Shown here piece by piece: positions 8,135 to 18,300 of a stretch of DNA of 64,000 nucleotides (within the stretch, counting starts at the first letter, position 1; each line of letters starts with the position of its first letter). Origin of the DNA: Longimicrobiales bacterium (GTDB taxonomy: Bacteria; Gemmatimonadota; Gemmatimonadetes; Longimicrobiales; Gaopeijiaceae). Below the pieces are notes generated by a model, which was given only the letters and a program-made list of their open reading frames with translations, was not told where the DNA came from and made no database searches. The translations under genes and the position numbers were made by a program. Location of the stretch: assembly GCA_965116095.1 (NCBI GenBank), contig OZ220481.1, positions 1,525,192-1,589,191 of the forward strand. Direction: 5' to 3'.

Positions 8135-9417
8135 CCGGCGCCGCCCCGAATCTCGTCTCTCATGGCGCCCAGAGCGCGGAGGGCGCGCTCGACGTGCTCC
8201 TCCGTGTTGTAGACGTGGGGGCACAGCCGCACCCCGCCGGTCTCGGCGCCCGCGATCCCGAATTCGCGGTAGAGGCGATCCAAGACGACGCTACGGTTAG
8301 GTCCCGCGCGCGCGATGCACACGCCCAGGGACAGCTCCTTTCGCATCGGGGTGACAAGCTCCAGCCCCAACGCGCGCATCCCCTCCTTCAGGCGCTTGGC
8401 CAGCTCTTGAATGCGGGCCTCGATTCGCGCGGGTCCGATCTCCTCGTGCAGCGCGACGGCCGTCCCCAGCGCGCCCAAGCAGGCATCGTCCCGCTGTCCC
8501 AGAGACTCGAACTTGCGGGCGCCCATGGGATCGGGTTCGATGTCGGCTCCCCAGCTGGGCGCCACGCTGTGCGGCCAGAGCTCGGAGACGCGCTCCGCGC
8601 GAACATAGAGAATTCCGGCCTCCTTGGGACCCATGAGCCACTTGTGGGCGGACGCGCTATAGGAGTCGCACCCCATCTCTCGCAGGTTGACGTCGGCCGC
8701 GCCCCAGCTCTGCGCGCCGTCCACGTGCACAAAGACGCCCCTCCTTCGCGCCTCCAAGGCAATCTCTCGCACCGGCAGGCGGATGCCTGTCACATTCGAG
8801 ATGTGCGTGAGCGCGAGGACCCGCGTGGATGCGCCGAGCGCCTCCAGGAACGGGGCCGCGAGTTCGCCCGCGTCGCTAGGGCTCGTTGGCGTGGACGCCT
8901 TGCGCGTCCGCACGCCCGTTCGCTGCGCCCGCACCTCCCACGCCACGTTGTTCGTGGGGTGATTCTGATCCCAGAGGAGGACCTCGTCGCCCGGACCCAG
9001 ATCCAGGCCCGCGCAGATGGTGTTATTGGCCTCGCTGGTATTTCGCACGATGGCGATCTCGTCTGCGGATGCGCCTAGCAGCTTCGCGATCCGCGCGCGG
9101 GCATCTTCGGCCATCCCCCGGAACTTCGCGCGGTTCTGGAAGGAGCAGTCGCGGTCAATATCCCGCGAGAGCTCCTCCACGCGCGCAGCCACCTCAATCG
9201 ACGAAGGGCAGAGGTTTGCGGCGTTCATCGGCACGCGCTCTTCGGCAAAGGAGAACCGGGCCCTCACGTCGTCCCATGGGACTGACCCGCCCGCCCGTGG
9301 AGTCTCCGCGCGGAGACGCCCGCGCCGGATTTGACCGTCCAAGAGACCGGCGACGGCGCCGGGAAGCGCCGCGCACCCAAACGTCCCGCCCAGAAAATCG
9401 CGCCTCGAAGGGTCCAA
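8131..9417 (-). CDS. Class V (fold type I) PLP-dependent aminotransferase / cysteine desulfurase-like / isopenicillin-N-epimerase-like enzyme with a twin-arginine (Tat) signal peptide
   Basis: SRRDFLGGTFGCAALPGAVAG Tat motif. Class V signature around SASAHKWLMGPKEAGILYV (PLP lysine). Start proposed at TTG (codon LDPSRRDFL) preceded by GGAGGG. The ORF-track ATG at 9546 would overlap the divergent gene's ATG. Confidence 0.75.
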   Translation of the reverse strand: MDPSRRDFLGGTFGCAALPGAVAGLLDGQIRRGRLRAETPRAGGSVPWDDVRARFSFAEERVPMNAANLCPSSIEVAARVEELSRDIDRDCSFQNRAKFRGMAEDARARIAKLLGASADEIAIVRNTSEANNTICAGLDLGPGDEVLLWDQNHPTNNVAWEVRAQRTGVRTRKASTPTSPSDAGELAAPFLEALGASTRVLALTHISNVTGIRLPVREIALEARRRGVFVHVDGAQSWGAADVNLREMGCDSYSASAHKWLMGPKEAGILYVRAERVSELWPHSVAPSWGADIEPDPMGARKFESLGQRDDACLGALGTAVALHEEIGPARIEARIQELAKRLKEGMRALGLELVTPMRKELSLGVCIARAGPNRSVVLDRLYREFGIAGAETGGVRLCPHVYNTEEHVERALRALGAMRDEIRGGAG

Positions 9418-9544
9418 GCTCCCTCCTGAAAAACCCGAATCGCGCCGGACCGCTCTACCCGCCGACCGCGGCCTGGACGCAAAGGAAGCGCGCCCAGACC
9501 GTATACTGGCTAGGCGACATCCACATCCGCAACCAAGGGGACGC

Positions 9545-10837
9545 ATGAAGCCGATCGCAGCGCGAATGGCCAATCTGGGCACGGAAAACGCCTTTAGCAT
9601 CGGACGCGACATCGCCAAGTGCGAGGCTAAGGGCATGCGGGTCATCCGCTTCAACCTCGGCGCGCCGGACTTCAGAAGCGCGCCCTTTCTCAATCGGATT
9701 GCGGCGGATGCGCTCGCGGCGGGCCGGAGCGGCTACTGCGACCCCCAAGGAATTCCGGCGTTTCGCCAGGCCGTGTCGGATCATCTTCTCGCGAGCCGCA
9801 AGGTTGAAGTCTCGCCGGATCGAATCGTGATCTTTCCCGGCGCAAAGCCTCCGATCGGCTTCACCTTCCTCAGCTGCGTCAATCCAGGCGACGAGGTGTT
9901 GTACCCCTCCCCCGGCTTTCCCATCTACGAGTCGTGGGTCCGCTTCGTCGGCGCGACGCCGATCCCCTATCCAGTCACTCAGGCGCGCGACTTCGCGCTC
10001 GGCGCGGACGACATTGCGCCCTTCCTCTCCCCGAAGGTCAGCTTGATCATCCTCTGCTCCCCATCCAACCCCACCGGGGGCGTCCTGAGCCGAGAGGAAC
10101 TCGCAGGGATCGCGGCGTTGATCCGGGAGAAGGCCCCGGCGAGGGCCCGGGTGTACTCCGACGAGATCTACGAGCAGATCCTCTTCGACGGTCGGTCCCA
10201 CGAGAGCATCCTCTCGCACCCGGGCATGGCGGAGCGGACGATTCTGGCGAGCGGCCTCTCCAAGGGATTTGCGATGACTGGATGGAGACTGGGCTGGGCG
10301 GCGCTGCCGACGCCGAAGGAGGCGGAGCTGTATACCCGCCTGAACATCAATACCGTCAGCTGCGTCCCGCCCTTCCTGCAGGAAGCCGGCGCGGCGGCGT
10401 ACGCCGATCCCAGGTCCGCGCCGATCGTCTCGAAGATGGTTCAGGCCTTTGAGAGGCGCAGGGACTGGATCGTGCCGGCGCTGAACCGGATCCCGGGCTT
10501 CTCTTGCCGCCTGCCGCAGGGAGCGTTCTACGTCTTCCCCGACGTTTCGGGCGCGTGTCTTCGCCTTGGGGCGATGGAGGCGTTCGAGAGACTCTCTCCC
10601 GAGGCCCGGGCGCGCACGTCGCCGGCGGGCATGCTGCAGCTGTTTCTCTTGTACAGGCACGGCGTTGCCGCGATGGATCGGGCATCCTTTGGGCGGATCG
10701 GCGCGGGCGAAGAGCACCACCTGCGGCTCTCGATCGCGAACTCGATGGAGGATATCCGGGAGGGCGCAAGCAGACTGGCGCGCGCCGCCCGCGACGCTGA
10801 GGGCTTTCGGAGCTTCGCCGAAGGCTGGAGCTGGTAG
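9545..10837 (+). CDS. Class I/II aminotransferase (aspartate/aromatic aminotransferase family)
   Basis: N-terminus like Thermus-type AspC. SGLSKGFAMTGWRLGWA PLP-lysine motif. Full length 430 aa. Confidence 0.85.
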   Translation: MKPIAARMANLGTENAFSIGRDIAKCEAKGMRVIRFNLGAPDFRSAPFLNRIAADALAAGRSGYCDPQGIPAFRQAVSDHLLASRKVEVSPDRIVIFPGAKPPIGFTFLSCVNPGDEVLYPSPGFPIYESWVRFVGATPIPYPVTQARDFALGADDIAPFLSPKVSLIILCSPSNPTGGVLSREELAGIAALIREKAPARARVYSDEIYEQILFDGRSHESILSHPGMAERTILASGLSKGFAMTGWRLGWAALPTPKEAELYTRLNINTVSCVPPFLQEAGAAAYADPRSAPIVSKMVQAFERRRDWIVPALNRIPGFSCRLPQGAFYVFPDVSGACLRLGAMEAFERLSPEARARTSPAGMLQLFLLYRHGVAAMDRASFGRIGAGEEHHLRLSIANSMEDIREGASRLARAARDAEGFRSFAEGWSW

Positions 10838-10854
10838 CCCGGAACCAACCTTGG

Positions 10855-12591
10855 CTATTCGGACAAAGGGTGTGACGCGCGCCTCTGGACCGCGGCGATC
10901 GCGTCCAGCTTCTCCGCGACTTCGGGGGCGATCTCTTCTGCGGGAACAAAGTCGGCGAGTTCGTGAAAGCTCTTCTTCCGCAAGAGGTTGGGAAGGTTGA
11001 TCCTTCGGAAGTAACTCCTGAGGATCGGCTTCAGAACCTCGTCGCTCGCCTTGATCCCTTGGTCCCAAGGCGACGCGCCTTTCAGCGTGCGCAGAGCGCG
11101 AGCGACTTCCGAGATCGCCGCGCGCATCGAGGCGAGTCTATTCTCCTCTTCTTGGGGCGCAAAGAGGGGCGCCGGATCACCCTCCTTGGCCGAAGCGCGC
11201 GCGTACGCCTCAAGCGTCGCCTTGGAGCAGAGGTAGTTCTCAGTCTCCCGGCGCTTCCAAGAGAGGCGCTGCAGGCGCGGCTCGCCAGCGTCCGTTTTGT
11301 CAAGCCGATCAAAGAGGGCGACGCCCTTTAAGTCCGGGAGCGCTTCTCGCAAGCCATAGAAGTGGCGCATGGCGTCGGACGGTCGATTGCCGACATAGTG
11401 AACAAATGGCTTCTCCAATGCGCCCGCCGCTTCCTCGTTGGCCAAGCGCCGCGCGAAGGCCTGAAGTATGGCGAGATCGGTGGAACCCTCCAAGTACAAG
11501 ACCCAGCCGGTCTGTTCGGCTTGGAGATAGTGATCCGCGCTGATCTCGGCCAGGGCTTTGCGCGTCTGACCTGGTCGGTCGATCCGATGCGGCGCTCCCA
11601 CAAAGGAGATCACCACGTCCTTTCCGGCCGCCTCGTTCAGCAACGCCTCCGAGTGGGTGGCCGCGATAATCTGGCTACCGCTCTCGCTGGCCGCGCCCGC
11701 GATCTCTCCGTAAATCTGTCGCTGCCGTATGATCTCCAGACCGGCGTCCGGTTCGTCCAGCAGGACGACGGCGCCGGGATTTGCATGCATGTACGCAAGA
11801 ATCAAGAGCGTCTGCTGCAGGCCCCGCCCCGCGGAGGAGAGGTCCAGCGCCGCGCCGCGCTCCCGATACCCCAGCGTGATTTCGCCCCGCTCCCGGAAAT
11901 AGCGGGGCTCCTCCAGCTCCACTCCGAAGAGCGCCTTGATCCGCGCCTTGAGCAGCTCCCAACGTTCCAGATCCCGCTCCGAGATGCGAAGACAGAGATT
12001 TCGGAGCACTTCGGCTGTGCGCCCCTCGCCGATTCTGACATCCACCGCGCCTTGGTCGAGACGCGTTTCCACGGCGGCCAAGCCGGAGAGCGGAGGAAGG
12101 AAAACGACGCGGGTTGAGGCCGCTTCCTTGGGGACCGGCATCCGCGCCGGCCGCTTCCCCTCTTCCAGCCGCAGAGGTCGGCAGTAGAGCGACTCTTCAT
12201 TGGCGTAATCGAATTCAAGGCCGCACCGCCAAGTCTTGCCCCTTTGGATGCCTTGGACGACGATGTCGATCCGCACATTGCTTGTCCGCGCGCTGCCCCG
12301 GACGCGGCGAACGTCGCGGGTGCGCAGATTGCGCCAGAGAAGTTTGGCGGAGGGATGCGGGATCGCGAGCGCGTCTCGGCGGTTAATCGCGACGCCGGGC
12401 CGGCGCTCCGGCGCGCTCTGGCCGGCGCGCTTCTCGCTCCAGCGCTTGACGCCGATATCCCAGAGGGCCAGCGCCTGCATCGCCGAAGTCTTGCCCGAGT
12501 TGTTCGGTCCGACGAAAACGACGGGGTTTCCGAGATCGATCTCGATCTCGTTGAAGCGCTTGAAGTTCCGCACGGTCAGCTTCACTAGCAT
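10855..12591 (-). CDS. OLD-family (overcoming lysogenization defect) class 1 nuclease: N-terminal ABC-type ATPase fused to a C-terminal TOPRIM domain. Candidate anti-phage defence protein.
   Basis: Walker A FVGPNNSGKTS, ABC signature LSSAGRGLQQ, Walker B VVLLDEPDAGLE, H-loop IIAATHS. C-terminal VLYLEGSTDLAIL (TOPRIM Glu) and ALFDRLD (DxD). At 578 aa it is similar in size and motif order to phage P2 Old (586 aa). Confidence 0.7.
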   Translation of the reverse strand: MLVKLTVRNFKRFNEIEIDLGNPVVFVGPNNSGKTSAMQALALWDIGVKRWSEKRAGQSAPERRPGVAINRRDALAIPHPSAKLLWRNLRTRDVRRVRGSARTSNVRIDIVVQGIQRGKTWRCGLEFDYANEESLYCRPLRLEEGKRPARMPVPKEAASTRVVFLPPLSGLAAVETRLDQGAVDVRIGEGRTAEVLRNLCLRISERDLERWELLKARIKALFGVELEEPRYFRERGEITLGYRERGAALDLSSAGRGLQQTLLILAYMHANPGAVVLLDEPDAGLEIIRQRQIYGEIAGAASESGSQIIAATHSEALLNEAAGKDVVISFVGAPHRIDRPGQTRKALAEISADHYLQAEQTGWVLYLEGSTDLAILQAFARRLANEEAAGALEKPFVHYVGNRPSDAMRHFYGLREALPDLKGVALFDRLDKTDAGEPRLQRLSWKRRETENYLCSKATLEAYARASAKEGDPAPLFAPQEEENRLASMRAAISEVARALRTLKGASPWDQGIKASDEVLKPILRSYFRRINLPNLLRKKSFHELADFVPAEEIAPEVAEKLDAIAAVQRRASHPLSE

Positions 12592-12725
12592 CCGGCGCCT
12601 CGCCTCTCGTTCCGGTCAGGCCTCGAGCGCAGACGGGCGCGGTCCGTCGAAAGCGGCTCGGCGGCCCGCCCCGCTGCCCAGCTAAGGTCTCTTGAGCTCA
12701 GCCCCGTATCGCGCGAAAGCCCGAG

Positions 12726-13508
12726 CTACCTCTCGGATATCTCAACCTCGAAGAGCTGCCTCCACAGCTTACCGGTGAGATAAAACTTGCCGCTCGCCGC
12801 ATCGTACGCGATCCCGTTCAGGACGGCGCCCGCGTCTGGAGATCGCTCCGCCTGAAGAGTAAGGCCGTAGGCATCAAGCGCGCCGGTCACTTCGCCCAGA
12901 AACTTGTCGATTCTCACGATCTCGTCCGTCTGATAGACGTTGGCGTAGATGTCGCCGCCCGGGAGGCACTCCAGCTCATTTAGGCTGCGCGTGGAATAGC
13001 CCCCCCGCCGCACCGGAAGCTCCCCCTCCGCCTCGAACGTTTCGGGATTTCGGATCGTCAGCGTTCCCGATCCGTTGGACATGTAGAGCCGGCTCCCGTC
13101 AAAGCAGAGGCCCCAGCCCTCTCCCTCGTAAGAGAGCGAGTCGGAGAGCTCCAGAGTCCGAGCGTCGTAGCGGTAGGCGACGCCTGCCTTCCAAGTCAGC
13201 TGGATGACCTGGGAGTCTACGACCGCAATCCCCTCCCCGAAGCGATCCTCGGGCAGCTCGACCTGCGCCAACACCTCGCCCGTCGCCACGTCCACGCGCC
13301 TGAGCGTGCTGCTGCCGTATTGGCCCGTGCTCTCCAGAAAGACGCCGTCGTAGAGCTCCAGCCCCTGCGTGTAGGCCCCGCCGTCGTGCGGCAGCGTACG
13401 GAGGACGGAATAGCCCAGCTGCGCCTCGCCGCCTTGGTCGCAGCCAAGCGCCGCGAGGGGGAAAAGCACGCATGAGAGCTTGATCGGAAACGATCTAGGT
13501 ATCTTCAT
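12726..13508 (-). CDS. Glutaminyl-peptide cyclotransferase (plant/bacterial beta-propeller type), secreted or lipoprotein
   Basis: YTQGLELYDGVFLESTGQYGSSTLRRVDVATGEV and repeated propeller blades. Signal peptide with LAALGC. Confidence 0.8.
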   Translation of the reverse strand: MKIPRSFPIKLSCVLFPLAALGCDQGGEAQLGYSVLRTLPHDGGAYTQGLELYDGVFLESTGQYGSSTLRRVDVATGEVLAQVELPEDRFGEGIAVVDSQVIQLTWKAGVAYRYDARTLELSDSLSYEGEGWGLCFDGSRLYMSNGSGTLTIRNPETFEAEGELPVRRGGYSTRSLNELECLPGGDIYANVYQTDEIVRIDKFLGEVTGALDAYGLTLQAERSPDAGAVLNGIAYDAASGKFYLTGKLWRQLFEVEISER

Positions 13509-13562
13509 TCGCCGCCCCTTGGGCCACGGGAGCCCGACGCCCCTCTCCGCCGGAGAAACTCA

Positions 13563-14696
13563 ATGCCGGCTCGACATTCCGCCGTTGATCCCGACGGCCT
13601 TCTCGAGTATTCCGTCGTCTTCACGAGTCGTTCCTTAAACCAGTTGTCCCGGCGCTTCGGCCGAACGATGCGGCGACTATCCGCCCTTCTCCGGGAAAGA
13701 TACAAGGCCCATGCCATGGCGGTCGTGCCTGGCGGAGGCACCTTCGCGATGGAAGCAGCGGCCCGCTGCTTTGCTGCGGACGCGCGCTGTCTGGTCCTGC
13801 GAAACGGGTGGTTCGGCTACCGATGGAATCAAATTTTGAGTATGGGGAGCATTCCCCAAGAAGTTCGGGTCTTAAAGGCGAGGCCTGTATCCTCCGCCGA
13901 CCGTGCCCCCTGGGCTCCGCCGGAGGCGGACTGCGTCGAGCGCGAGATCTTGGCCTTTCAACCGGATGTGGTGTTTACGGCGCATGTCGAGACATCGGCC
14001 GGCCTGATGCTGCCGGACGACTACCTTAGGCGCGCGGGAAAGGCCGCGCGCGCCGCGGGCGCCCTCTTCGTCGTTGACGCGATCGCGTCTGGATGCGCGT
14101 GGCTGGACATGGAGGCGCTGGGAATTGACGTTTTGATCACCGCGCCCCAAAAGGGCTGGAGCGCCTCTCCGTGCGCAGGCGTCGCGCTTCTCTCCCAAAG
14201 GGCCAAGGAACGGGTCGAGGCCGCATCTTCCACCTCCTTTGCGGCAGACTTAGGGGCTTGGCTTCGGGTTTCGGAGGCATTTGATCAAGGCGGCCACATC
14301 TATCACTCGACCCTTCCCACGGATGCGCTTCGCGTCTTCGCGAAGCGCGTCGAAGAGACCCGCGACTTTGGATATGACCTTGCGCGGAGCAGACAGTTCG
14401 AGCTTGGTTCAAGGGCCCGCGCGCTTCTTGCCGCCCACGGCTTTCAAGATGTGGCCGCGCCTCCCTACCAAGCCCCGGGCGTCGTCGTGAGCTACACCAG
14501 CGATCCCGAAATTCAGAATGGCGCGCGCTTTGCCGACGCAGGCGTTCAGGTCGCCGCCGGAATTCCGCTTCGCTTGGGCGAGGGCGTGGACTTCAAGACC
14601 TTTCGAGTCGGCCTCTTCGGCTTGGATAAGCTGTCGGACGTAGAGGCGACCATGGAGGAACTAGGGAAGGCTTTGGAGCGAATCCGCGATAGGTGA
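13563..14696 (+). CDS. Class V aminotransferase (alanine-glyoxylate / serine-pyruvate / phosphonate aminotransferase family)
   Basis: LITAPQKGWSASPCAGVALLS PLP-lysine region. About 377 aa, typical for this family. Confidence 0.75.
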   Translation: MPARHSAVDPDGLLEYSVVFTSRSLNQLSRRFGRTMRRLSALLRERYKAHAMAVVPGGGTFAMEAAARCFAADARCLVLRNGWFGYRWNQILSMGSIPQEVRVLKARPVSSADRAPWAPPEADCVEREILAFQPDVVFTAHVETSAGLMLPDDYLRRAGKAARAAGALFVVDAIASGCAWLDMEALGIDVLITAPQKGWSASPCAGVALLSQRAKERVEAASSTSFAADLGAWLRVSEAFDQGGHIYHSTLPTDALRVFAKRVEETRDFGYDLARSRQFELGSRARALLAAHGFQDVAAPPYQAPGVVVSYTSDPEIQNGARFADAGVQVAAGIPLRLGEGVDFKTFRVGLFGLDKLSDVEATMEELGKALERIRDR

Positions 14697-15321
14697 GAGT
14701 CTCGGGTAAGTACCCGTAGGGACGCGTGAGCGCGCCAGTGGATGGAGGCTCGCCTCTCCATCGGGGTCGCAGCGCTTTGAGCGAATGTCCGTGGATTCGG
14801 TCGCGCCCCACAGTGGGTGCTTTGTGGAGGCGAAGCATTTCGACGACCGACCTCAGCATGTCCGTTCGAATCCGCTTGCTCTTGGGAAGCACTCCTTGAG
14901 GACGCACGGGTTCGGCGCCCCTGACGGCGCTGAGCGCGCAACGGACTGACGCGGAAGAGTGTGCGGCTCTTGACGCGAAATGATGTCGAGCGACTCTCTT
15001 TCGCCGAGAGGAGGGGAAATTGCGGAAAATCCAACCCAGCGGCATTATGGATGATGCAGTCGCTCTGCCCCATTCTCCGCCTGACAACCCTTAGTCCACA
15101 TCAACATGAGCCAAGACGGATTCCAGCGCGCGCTTGACCAGATCCGGTCCATTGCCACCCACCAAGCGGACAAGGGCCGGCTATTCGAGCGACTGATGGC
15201 GGCGTTCTTCAAGGAGGACCCCGTTTATCGAGAGCGATTCTCGGGAGTCTGGCTGTGGAAGGACTGGGTCGACAAGAGGCTCGCGGAGGCCGCAAAGTAC
15301 TGTCCTTCAAGGCGATACCAT

Positions 15322-15335
15322 CCCCCCCCCCCCCC
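15322..15335 (+). repeat. Homopolymeric poly-C tract (14 C) inside the restriction-modification gene, at the nuclease/helicase junction. Slippage-prone contingency tract.
   Basis: Seen directly. Translated as PPPPP in the 15106 ORF, which terminates 5 codons later. 13 or 16 C would fuse it in-frame to the downstream frame (GIDLVAEEADG...). Confidence 0.9.
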
Positions 15336-18300
15336 AATTTGGTTTAGATAGGGCTGATCTCGGCATTGATCTGGTCGCAGAAGAGGCGGACGGAAGTGGC
15401 TGGTGCGCGATCCAGTGCAAGTGCTACGCGCCGGGAACGCGCGTAAGCAAACGACACCTCGATTCCTTCATCTCGGCGTCGGCGCGCGAGCCGTTCACCG
15501 CGCGCATCGTGGTCGACACCGGGGACTCTTGGGGTCCGAACGCCCTAAAGACCCTCAAGGGGCTGAAGCCCGCCTGCGCGGTTCTCAGATTCGGCGACCT
15601 TGCGGACCGACGCTTTGAATGGCCGGATCTTTCGGCGCATCGGCCCGAGGATCTCCGCTACGCCGGCGCGCCGTTTACGCTTCGTCCGCACCAGAAAGAG
15701 GCGCTGGACGATGTAATGGCCGGCTTCGAGGCCTTTGATCGCGGCAAGCTGGTGATGGCATGCGGCACCGGCAAGACCTTTACCGCCCTTCGGATCGCGG
15801 AGGCGGTCGCGGGCCCCGGAGGCCGGGCGCTTTACTTGGTGCCTTCGATCTCACTGTTTGCGCAGTCTATGCGCGAGTGGGCCACGCAGAAGTCCATTCC
15901 TCACGGCTACATCGGCATCTGTTCGGATACAAGCGCGGGGCGCTACAGAGAAGACGCCACGCTGATGGAGCTTGAGATCCCGGTCACGACCTCGCCGGTT
16001 CGCATTTCGGAGGAGCTTCGCAAGGAGCGGCCGGAGCAGATGACGGTCGTGTTTTGCACCTACCAGTCGCTCCCGTTGGTGGAGCGCGCTCAACAAGAGG
16101 GGGCCCCGCCGTTCGATCTCATCCTCTGCGACGAGGCGCATCGGACCACCGGAGTGGAGCGAGCGGACGACAAGAAGACCTCGCCCTTCGTCCTCGTGCA
16201 CGACAACGCCCGAATTCGTGGACGCAAGCGGCTGTACATGACCGCGACGCCGCGCATCTACACGGACAGATCAAAGAGGAAGGCCGCCAAGCACAGCATT
16301 GACGTCTTCTCGATGGACGAGAAAGAGATCTACGGCCCCGAATTCCACCGCCTTTCCTTTTCGCGAGCGATTGAACGCGAGCTGCTCTCCGACTACAAGG
16401 TCGTCATTCTCGCCTTGGCGGAAGACAGGGCGAACGCAGTGCTCCGGAAGCACGTCTCCAGTAGCGAGGCGAGCGAACTCAACATCACCGACGCCGCCAA
16501 GATCATGGGCTGCTGGCGGGCGCTTCAGCGACGCCAGGCTGCGGGAGGCAACGGGAAAGCGGACGACGAGTCCGAACGCCCGCTTACGCGGGCGATCGCC
16601 TTCGCGAATACCATCAAGGCCTCCCGTCTTTTGGAAAAACACTGGGACGGCGTGGTCGAGCAGGCGATCAGCATGCTGCCGCCGGAGGAACGGGCGAGCG
16701 CGCTGCGATGCTCTACGAAGCACGTAGACGGAAAGACGCGGGCGCTGGACCGCAAGGCGCGGATCGAGTGGCTGAAGGGCAAGGAGGACGGCGTCTGCCG
16801 GATCCTGAGCAACGCCCGCTGTCTTTCGGAGGGCGTCGACGTACCGGCGCTGGACGCCGTGTTCTTTACCGCGCCGCGCAGGTCTCCCGTCGAGATCGTC
16901 CAAGCGGTGGGACGGGTCATGCGCAAAACCCCGGACAAGGACTACGGGTACATCGTGCTCCCGGTCGCCATTCCGCCGGGAGTGTCGCCGGAGAAGGCGC
17001 TGAACGACAACAAACGCTTCGAATCCGTGTGGGAGGTCCTGCGCGCGCTCCGCTCCCACGACGACCGGTTCGATGCCGAGGTCAACCGGCTCGATCTGAA
17101 GAGGCCGGAGCGGATCATTATCGACATCGACGACTCGGATCAGTGGGAGATCGCATTTCCGCCGCTCGACCTACCGCCCGAGGCGATCTTCGCGAAGATC
17201 GTCGAGAAGTGCGGCGACCGAAAGTACTGGAAAACGTGGGCCAGTGACATCGCCGACATTTTTGCTCGCTTAGTGGAGCGAATCGGGAGTCTTCTGGCCG
17301 ATCCAGCAAACGAAGCGCTCAAGGAGTGGTTTGACGGCTTCCACCAAGAGCTGCGCGAGTCGATCAACAAGTCGGTCAGCGAGAGCGACGCCGTAGACAT
17401 GGTTGCGCAACACATCCTCACTCGACCGGTTTTCAACGCGCTCTTCGAGGGATACGACTTTGCTCGTGGAAATCCCGTCGCGCGGGCGCTGGAGCAGCTG
17501 CGCCAAGACTTCGGAGAGTTTGGGCTGGAAAACGAGCTCCGCGACATGGAGCCCTTTTATAAAAGCGTCCGGCTTCGCGCCAGAGGTTTGGACGACAGCG
17601 CGGCGCGCCAACAGGTACTGAAAGAGCTGTACGAGCACTTCTTCAAGATCGCGCTAAGCAAGGCAGCCGAGCGCTTGGGAATCGTCTACACGCCCGTCGA
17701 GGTGGTGGACTTCATTCTTCGAAGCGCGGATCACGTGCTGCGGGAAGAGTTTGGCAAGGGGCTTACCGACGAGGGGGTACATGTACTGGATCCCTTCACC
17801 GGGACAGGCCTCTTTCCAGCGCGAATGCTCCAGCTTGACCTGATTGACGACGCCGACGTGGCGCGCAAGTACCAAGAGGAGATTCACGCAAATGAGATCG
17901 TACTGTTAGCCTACTACATCGCAGCGGTCAACGTCGAAGAGGCTTTTCGCGCAAGAAGGGGCCTCGGAAGTGAATACAGCCCTTTCGAGGGCATCGTTTT
18001 GACTGACACATTTAACATGAATGAGTGCCAGACGAGCGTCTTCCTGTCAGAAAACAGCGACCGATCCAGCCGGCAGGAACAGGCGCGCATTGAAGTAGTC
18101 GTTGGCAATCCGCCTTGGTCTGCAGGGCAACGGAGTTCTGCCGACAATAACCCAAACGCAAGATACCCGGCGGTGGAGGCGCGAATCGCGAAGACCTACG
18201 CGGTGCGCTCGACAGCAGCAAACAAAAACAGCTTGTACGATTATTACAAAATGGCCATTCGATGGGCCTCTGACCGCATCGGCGATCAGGGCGTCGTCGC

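Noticed and set aside
9544-9547. Divergent ATG start codons overlapping each other (gcATGc palindrome) for the two aminotransferase genes
   Set aside because: Leaves no room for promoters. The minus-strand gene more plausibly starts at the TTG at 9417 (GGAGGG Shine-Dalgarno, giving a compact Tat signal), so the overlapping ATG is probably not used.
14850-14900. tRNA-like T-loop motif GTTCGAATCC in the intergenic region upstream of the restriction-modification gene
   Set aside because: Flanking bases cannot form a 5-bp T-stem, and there is no acceptor-stem complement or CCA context on either strand. Judged to be a chance match.
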